From Bacteroidia bacterium (lineage in GTDB: Bacteria > Bacteroidota > Bacteroidia > SpSt-205), in assembly GCA_025057135.1 (NCBI GenBank), contig JANWXY010000085.1, positions 151 to 64,150 on the forward strand: a stretch of DNA of 64,000 bases. The letters run 5' to 3'. Every line of letters starts with the position of its first letter. Position 1 is the stretch's first letter. A program made the position numbers and the translations under genes. A model generated the notes under the pieces. The model searched no databases. It saw only the letters and a program-made list of their open reading frames with translations, and was not told where the DNA came from. Below are positions 58,063-64,000 of the stretch, piece after piece.

Positions 58063-60546
58063 ATGACAGCGCTGCTAATATGGCTACAAAGCTGGCAGGT
58101 CGCGACCGCATACAAACAAATGGTGCAGAACCTCAAGGTATTTTCCGGACATACCCAACAAGCATGGGTGGGCTACCTCACCACACGAGCGGGGAAGACG
58201 CATTTACACTTACACCTAATAGACACCAGCGGTTATGAGCCTTTGGGTAGAAATGGCGCCTGCTTATCCTGTGGAGATAATCTCTCCGTAAATACTTGGG
58301 AGGCAAGCGTAGGAGAAAAAAACTGGCTCTACATCAGCTGGAGTACGGAGCAAAAAACTCAAATCCAAAGCTTAGACCCCGAGGGTATCATGAGGTGGCG
58401 TGCAGAGGCTATGTTCCCAGCTCGGCAAATCTCTCTTTTACCCCATCCAGAAGGCGGCGCTGTGGCTCTCCTCCGCAGTGAGCGCGCCCTCAAGCTATAC
58501 TTCTGGGACAGTAGCGGAAAGGTTCAAATAGAGCAGGACTTACTTCCATCAGAAATGCCCTGTCGCAGCGCTCGTCTAATCAGCAGTAGTGTAGAAGGCT
58601 TCATCGCTCTGTGGGAAGCTTACACAGGCAGCCGCTGGGAAGTCTTCTTTCAGAAATGGCTGTGGAAAAATAAACCTGATGCACCCGCCCGCCCCCTTTC
58701 CCAGCTTTCTCACAGCATAGAAGGCATGGAGATCATCGGAGATGGATTTGGAGGGATGTTAGGTGTGTATGAAAGCGTCTCGCTCACTGGCTCAGGCAAG
58801 GACCTTCACCTCGTGCGCTACAATCGCAGCGGTACCCGTCTGTATGAAGTTCCCTTATGCCAAGAAGCTGGCGATCAGCAAAAACCTCGCATATACAAGC
58901 GCGGCACAGACCTCTTGATCGTCTGGGAGGATAACCGGAATCAAGATTGGGACCTGTACTACCAACGGGTAGACATCTCCTCGGGGCGGCTTTTATTAGC
59001 AGCAGAAGGCGTACCTCTGGTGCGCTTACCAGGTCCGCAACACCATCCAGAAATCATCTTAGACTACTTTCAAAATGAAATGATAGTAATATGGGAGGAC
59101 TACCGCCGCATCCAAGGGGATATTTACCTCCAGCGCTACACCGCCGATGCCAAACCGCTCTGGGAGTTCACTGGACGGCCTTTAGCTACTGGGCAGCCTC
59201 AGCAGTATCAGTTTTGCACGGCAGCTCAGGATTTTCAGCTTTTCTGGGTAGCTTATTTGGAGGATGAAGGGGAAGCGGGCATCCAACCTCATATTGCGCT
59301 CCTAACTACCCAGGGAGAAAGTCGCCTACACCGCCGCTTAGCCGGAAATACCTCTCAGCCCTTTGCACGAGCTGCCGCCCTTACAGCTCATCCATGGAAA
59401 GAGAACCTACTCCTCATTTGGCAGGACAATAGAGATGATAATCAGCTTCCACAGCTCTATGTCCAGCTCCTCTCCTCTGAAAGAAAACCTCTCTGGGGCC
59501 CCTATGGCATCCCCATAAGCCCTCAGACTACGCTCACCCAGAAAAATCCGCGAATCCACTTCCAGGGAGACACCGCATGGATTCTCTGGGAGGGAGAAGA
59601 GTCCGATGTGGAATCGGACCTTTTCGTTCAAGCTCTCACTCTACAAGGTAGGAAGCTATTTTCCAAACCACTACCTATATGCCTCGCTGATAGGGTGCAG
59701 ACGGAAGCACAGTGGGTGGCTCATGCCCATCATTTATACGCCTACTGGACGGACAATCGCAGTATGGAAGAAACGGGATTTGATTTATACCTGCGGCAGA
59801 TTGTACCGCTTAGTCCAGAGATAGGATGGAGAGTGACTCGTTCCTTTCAAAATTCAGCTCACATAGCCCCCTCGGGTGATCCCAATCGCTTGCACCACCT
59901 CTGGCAAGAAGATGTGAATGGTAAATATCAAGTAGCCTATGCACTCTCCGCTATTGGCGAAGTAGGTACTCCCATCCTCCTTTCCCCCACCTCCAGGCCT
60001 CAGCGATTTCTTCATTCTGTCACGGACGCCTCTGGGCAGCTTTACGCTGCTTTCTGCGAAGAGGCGCGCGGCCCCTATGAGCAAGCTCTGCGCCTATTCG
60101 CTATTTCGCCTCTGGGGGAGATTCGTTGGCAGCTCACCTCCCCCTCTGCTTACAAGCACCATCTGTATCCTAAGCTCTTTATCCTACCAACAGGCGAACT
60201 GCTAACTCTATATCTCGCTACATCGGACTCCAAACTGTGGGACCTGCTTTTCCTCCTCACATCCAAGGATGGGAATGTCCTACTCAAAGGCTCTCTCTTA
60301 AGCCCTGTACCAGAGCGCAGTGAATATACCATGGTCGCAACAAAAAGCGGCTATTGGTTACTTCTCCGCATGCCGAATGGACACAACCTATACCATAGTA
60401 GCCGACTAGAAAGCATGAAGCCTAGAAAACTGCCCGGCAGCTGTGCCGAGGGATATCTTTTTAGTTGGCAAGGAGAACCATTTTTGTTCTGGACTGATGT
60501 GGAAAGAAAAACCTTGACCCTTTCCCCATTATCCCCATCGCCTTAG
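58063..60546 (+). CDS. Hypothetical beta-propeller-like repeat protein
   Basis: About 55-aa repeats W(E/Q/T)DxR...D(L/I)Y(x)Q...G..(L)W...G.P; no T9SS CTD; 827 aa. Confidence 0.65.
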   Translation: MTALLIWLQSWQVATAYKQMVQNLKVFSGHTQQAWVGYLTTRAGKTHLHLHLIDTSGYEPLGRNGACLSCGDNLSVNTWEASVGEKNWLYISWSTEQKTQIQSLDPEGIMRWRAEAMFPARQISLLPHPEGGAVALLRSERALKLYFWDSSGKVQIEQDLLPSEMPCRSARLISSSVEGFIALWEAYTGSRWEVFFQKWLWKNKPDAPARPLSQLSHSIEGMEIIGDGFGGMLGVYESVSLTGSGKDLHLVRYNRSGTRLYEVPLCQEAGDQQKPRIYKRGTDLLIVWEDNRNQDWDLYYQRVDISSGRLLLAAEGVPLVRLPGPQHHPEIILDYFQNEMIVIWEDYRRIQGDIYLQRYTADAKPLWEFTGRPLATGQPQQYQFCTAAQDFQLFWVAYLEDEGEAGIQPHIALLTTQGESRLHRRLAGNTSQPFARAAALTAHPWKENLLLIWQDNRDDNQLPQLYVQLLSSERKPLWGPYGIPISPQTTLTQKNPRIHFQGDTAWILWEGEESDVESDLFVQALTLQGRKLFSKPLPICLADRVQTEAQWVAHAHHLYAYWTDNRSMEETGFDLYLRQIVPLSPEIGWRVTRSFQNSAHIAPSGDPNRLHHLWQEDVNGKYQVAYALSAIGEVGTPILLSPTSRPQRFLHSVTDASGQLYAAFCEEARGPYEQALRLFAISPLGEIRWQLTSPSAYKHHLYPKLFILPTGELLTLYLATSDSKLWDLLFLLTSKDGNVLLKGSLLSPVPERSEYTMVATKSGYWLLLRMPNGHNLYHSSRLESMKPRKLPGSCAEGYLFSWQGEPFLFWTDVERKTLTLSPLSPSP

Positions 60547-60604
60547 AACGGCATTCGGAAAGTGTGGATAGCTCCACCGCTCATAGAGCGATCTTTGTGT
60601 AGGT

Positions 60605-63600
60605 ATGTGTGACTTCGTGCACCTACATGTGCATACCGAATATAGTCTGCTGGATGGTGCATCTCGGGTAGAGGATTTGATACGGCGGGCAAAGTCGCTC
60701 GGTATGTCTGCAATTGCCCTTTCTGACCACGGGAATCTATTCGCTGTACCAAAGTTTTATGCGGAAGCTGAAAAAGCTGGACTCAAGCCCATCATCGGCT
60801 GCGAATTTTACATCGTAGATGGCGAAAGTTTCACAAAGGATAAATCCTACTACCACCTCCTCCTCTTGGCTAAAGACCAAAAAGGCTGGGAAAATCTACT
60901 CTACCTCTCCTCAGTCAGCTTCATAGAAGGCTTTTATTACAAGCCGAGAATACATCGGGGGCTTCTCGAAAACTACCGAGAAGGGCTAATAGCTACCACA
61001 GGTTGCCTCGCCAGTGAAATCAACCAGAAAATCCTCGCCGGACAGATACAAGCTGCCGAGAAGCGCTTCCAGTGGTATTTGGAGCTTTTTGGAGAGGACT
61101 TTTACGTAGAGCTCCAAGATCATGGGCTAAAAGACCAGCACCTTACAGCCGAGTATCTCTTAGAGTGGGCTAAAAAGTACGGCGTAAAAATCCTCGGCAC
61201 CAACGACATACACTATACCTGCGAAGCTGATGCAGATTTACATGACCTCCTTTTAGCCATCCAGACAGGTAGCGATATGGATGATAAAAAGCGCCTGCGC
61301 TTCACTGATGACTTAGGCAATCTCAATAGGCACTTCTACCTCAAAAGTCAAGCGGAAATGATGCAAATGCCTATCTTTCGCGAGCATCCAGAAGCCCTCA
61401 CTCAAACCCGAGAAGTCGCCGAAAAATGCAACTTGACTCTTAACTTCAAGCAGCCGCTCATCCTTCCCCGCTATCCTACCCCCCCCACTTATCCAAGCAT
61501 GGAAGCCTATCTAAGAGACCTATGCTATGAGGGGGCGAAAGGTAAATACGGTGACCCCCTGCCTCCATCCGTCGTAGAACGCTTAGAACATGAGCTGAAA
61601 ATCATCGCTCAAATGGGCTTCTCTGGCTACTTTTTGATTGTACAGGACTTTATCGCAGAAGCTAAGCGCCGTGGCGTATGGGTGGGGCCAGGAAGGGGCT
61701 CGGCTGCAGGGAGTCTGGTCGCATACTGCCTGGGGATTACAAGTATTGACCCCCTGGCATATCAGCTGCTTTTTGAGCGTTTTTTGAACCCAGAGCGCAT
61801 CAGTCCGCCTGATATAGACATAGACTTTGACGACCTCGGACGAGAAGAAGTCATCCGATACGTCCAAGAAAAATACGGACAAGAGAGTGTAGCTCAGATT
61901 ATTACCTACGGAACGATGGGCATCAAAACCGCTATCCGAGATGTAGGACGTGTCCTCAAAGTCTCTCTCTCAGAAGTCAATGAAATCGTAGCCCTCATCC
62001 CTAATAAACCAAACATTACCTGGCAAACTGCCTTAGACCCCGAAGAAAACCCCAAAGCATACCTTCTACACGATATTCTGAATAAAGGACCAGCCAATCT
62101 AAAACGGATGCTGGAGTCGGCGGCGCAGTTAGAAGGTTTGACCCGCCACACAGGTGTGCATGCCGCTGGGGTCATCATCGCTCCTGATAAGCTATGGAAA
62201 TACGTTCCCCTAGCAGTGGCGACCCGTGAAGAGGCTGCCCGTCAAGTAATCACCCAGTGGGACGGCCCAGACTGCGAAAGCGTAGGACTACTTAAGATGG
62301 ATTTTCTCGGGCTCAAGACCCTCTCCATACTCAAAACCGCCGTAGAGCTTATCCAGAAATTAGAAAAGGCAGATGCCCCCATAGACCTGGAAAAAATACC
62401 ACTGGATGATGAAAAGACCTGGAAGCTTTTCCAAGAGGGAAACACCGTCGGCATATTCCAATTTGAGTCGGAGGGGATGCAGAAATATCTACGCATGTTA
62501 CGCCCCACCTGCATTGAAGACCTAATCGCAATGAATGCCTTGTATCGTCCTGGTCCGATGGATAATATCCCCACTTTCGTAAGACGAAAACATGGTGAGG
62601 AGCCCGTGAGTTATCCTGACCCTCGCCTTAGGCCTATTTTGGAAAATACTTATGGTATCATGGTCTATCAGGAGCAGATTATGCAAATAGCTCAGGTAAT
62701 GGCGGGCTATTCCTTAGCCGAAGCGGACCTCCTCCGCCGAGCTATGGGGAAAAAGAAAAAGGAAATTATGGACGAGCAGCGAGCGGTCTTTATCAGCCGA
62801 GCCATAGCTCATAATACAGACCCTCAGGTAGCAGAAGAGGTCTTTGATACGATGGCGCGCTTTGCAGAATACGGCTTCAATAAGTCTCATGCCGCCGCCT
62901 ATAGCATTTTAGCGTACAGGACGGGATTTCTCAAAGCCAACTACCCTGCCGCTTACATGGCAGCTGTCCTCACCCACCACGCCGATGATACGGAAAAAAC
63001 AGGCTTTTTTCTGCAAGAGGTACGCAATCTGGGCATTGAAGTCCTCCCGCCGTGCGTGAATGCCAGCGAAGTTAGCTTCTCCGTCCCGAGCCCAAACGAG
63101 ATTAGATTCGGATTAGGCGCTATAAAGCATCTTGGAGAAAAGTTAGCCCAACTGATTATTGAAGAGAGGCGCCAGAATGGACCATTCAAAGACGTGTTTG
63201 ACTTTGCGGTGCGCATGCTACCTCATGGACTAAATAAGAGGAGCTTAGAAAGTTTGGCCTTTGCGGGCGCTCTGGATATACTCATAGAGGGACAGCGTGA
63301 ATATCTTTTAGAAGAAGCTAACCGCCAACTGATTATGGACTATGCAGCCTCCTATCACAAAGCCACTCAGACCACACAGCTCTCTCTTTTTGACCGTATA
63401 GAAATCGGTCCGCTTCCCAAGCCGCGTTTCCACAACCCACAGCGCCGACTCGCCCTTCCGGAAAAGCTACGACAGGAACGGGAGTACATAGGATTCTTTC
63501 TTTCCTCTCACCCATTAGATGAATATGCACCTTTGATGCGTTCAGCCAATATCATCACGAATGCCAGCGACATCATCAATCAAGAGCTACCCTCGGAGAG

Positions 63601-64000
63601 ACTTATCCGTTCAGCTGCGCTACTCATGGATATAGATGAGCGCCGCTCTAAACAAGGTAAGCCCTACGCTCGGCTCAGCTTTGAAGATAAAGTAGGCAGT
63701 TTCATGCTTACGGTATTTTCTCCCCAATGGGAAACATGGGCAAACCAGCTGCGCGGACACATAGGTGACCCATATTTCATAGAAGCGGAATACCTCCTGC
63801 GTGCGAATGGCTCAGGAGAATGGCGGACCAAACAAATAGCCCCCCTCCCCGATGCCCTCTACAACAGCCTACCCGCCTTATACCTCATATGGGAAGTTTC
63901 CAACCTCAACGAAGATACCCTCGCAGACGTAGTCAACTTGATGGAAAGCTGGAAAGGTACAACCCCCGTGTCATTTGTACTCTTCCATCACAAGACCGCT
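60605..64000 (+). CDS. dnaE: DNA polymerase III subunit alpha (3' end runs off the window)
   Basis: Not in the ORF track. ATG 60605 reads MCDFVHLHVHTEYSLLDGA; then SDHGN, GPGRGSAAGS, FERFLNPERISPPDIDIDFD, HAAG, KMDFLGLKTL and YGFNKSH. The last codons of the window are in the same frame. Confidence 0.96.
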   Translation, partial: MCDFVHLHVHTEYSLLDGASRVEDLIRRAKSLGMSAIALSDHGNLFAVPKFYAEAEKAGLKPIIGCEFYIVDGESFTKDKSYYHLLLLAKDQKGWENLLYLSSVSFIEGFYYKPRIHRGLLENYREGLIATTGCLASEINQKILAGQIQAAEKRFQWYLELFGEDFYVELQDHGLKDQHLTAEYLLEWAKKYGVKILGTNDIHYTCEADADLHDLLLAIQTGSDMDDKKRLRFTDDLGNLNRHFYLKSQAEMMQMPIFREHPEALTQTREVAEKCNLTLNFKQPLILPRYPTPPTYPSMEAYLRDLCYEGAKGKYGDPLPPSVVERLEHELKIIAQMGFSGYFLIVQDFIAEAKRRGVWVGPGRGSAAGSLVAYCLGITSIDPLAYQLLFERFLNPERISPPDIDIDFDDLGREEVIRYVQEKYGQESVAQIITYGTMGIKTAIRDVGRVLKVSLSEVNEIVALIPNKPNITWQTALDPEENPKAYLLHDILNKGPANLKRMLESAAQLEGLTRHTGVHAAGVIIAPDKLWKYVPLAVATREEAARQVITQWDGPDCESVGLLKMDFLGLKTLSILKTAVELIQKLEKADAPIDLEKIPLDDEKTWKLFQEGNTVGIFQFESEGMQKYLRMLRPTCIEDLIAMNALYRPGPMDNIPTFVRRKHGEEPVSYPDPRLRPILENTYGIMVYQEQIMQIAQVMAGYSLAEADLLRRAMGKKKKEIMDEQRAVFISRAIAHNTDPQVAEEVFDTMARFAEYGFNKSHAAAYSILAYRTGFLKANYPAAYMAAVLTHHADDTEKTGFFLQEVRNLGIEVLPPCVNASEVSFSVPSPNEIRFGLGAIKHLGEKLAQLIIEERRQNGPFKDVFDFAVRMLPHGLNKRSLESLAFAGALDILIEGQREYLLEEANRQLIMDYAASYHKATQTTQLSLFDRIEIGPLPKPRFHNPQRRLALPEKLRQEREYIGFFLSSHPLDEYAPLMRSANIITNASDIINQELPSERLIRSAALLMDIDERRSKQGKPYARLSFEDKVGSFMLTVFSPQWETWANQLRGHIGDPYFIEAEYLLRANGSGEWRTKQIAPLPDALYNSLPALYLIWEVSNLNEDTLADVVNLMESWKGTTPVSFVLFHHKTA

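Noticed and set aside
154-63530. Numerous 60-150 aa ORFs overlapping the called genes
   Set aside because: They are antisense or out-of-frame shadows of well-supported genes, with no motifs or independent promoter boxes.
1-64000. CRISPR array, tRNA/rRNA, transposase, integrase or prophage
   Set aside because: Intergenic gaps are all about 200 bp or less, with no regularly spaced direct repeats or cloverleaf patterns seen, and no ORF carries DDE, recombinase, terminase or capsid motifs.
60605-64000. Intein or frameshift explaining the absence of dnaE from the ORF track
   Set aside because: The first and last codons are in the same frame, motifs occur in the usual order and the length is normal. 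The gene is missing only because it has no stop inside the window (the same applies to recJ).

Overview
A very gene-dense 64-kb chromosomal window from a Bacteroidota bacterium. The assignment is inferred from T9SS sorting domains, TAnnTTTG promoter boxes, the signal-peptide '+1 Q' pattern, DUF3822-rsmD linkage and a Flavobacterium-type alternative complex III. It holds housekeeping genes (recJ and dnaE, both cut by the window edges and absent from the ORF track; recN, rho, rlmN, rsmD, uvrB, mtaB, mlaEF, rfbB, an epimerase), a complete actABCDEF operon, an isolated nuoD, metal/heme genes (Cu-type P1B ATPase, FTR1, HemS), two large T9SS cargo proteins and three phage-tail-fibre-like exported proteins. 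It also holds three loci of a paralogous two-component network with no DNA-binding output. I found no tRNA, rRNA, CRISPR array, transposase or integrase. The most striking observations are: (1) about 20 genes have the -7 promoter box only 4-8 nt before the start codon, implying widespread (near-)leaderless mRNAs; (2) ultra-short 13-16 aa signal peptides, several ending W-A|Q; (3) a catalytically degenerate pseudo-Fic gene embedded among housekeeping genes; (4) a nested, non-terminator palindrome downstream of a mosaic fibre/Kelch gene. All product calls come from motif recognition by eye, not from database searches. Starts were adjusted from the ORF track where promoter or signal-peptide evidence favoured another codon.
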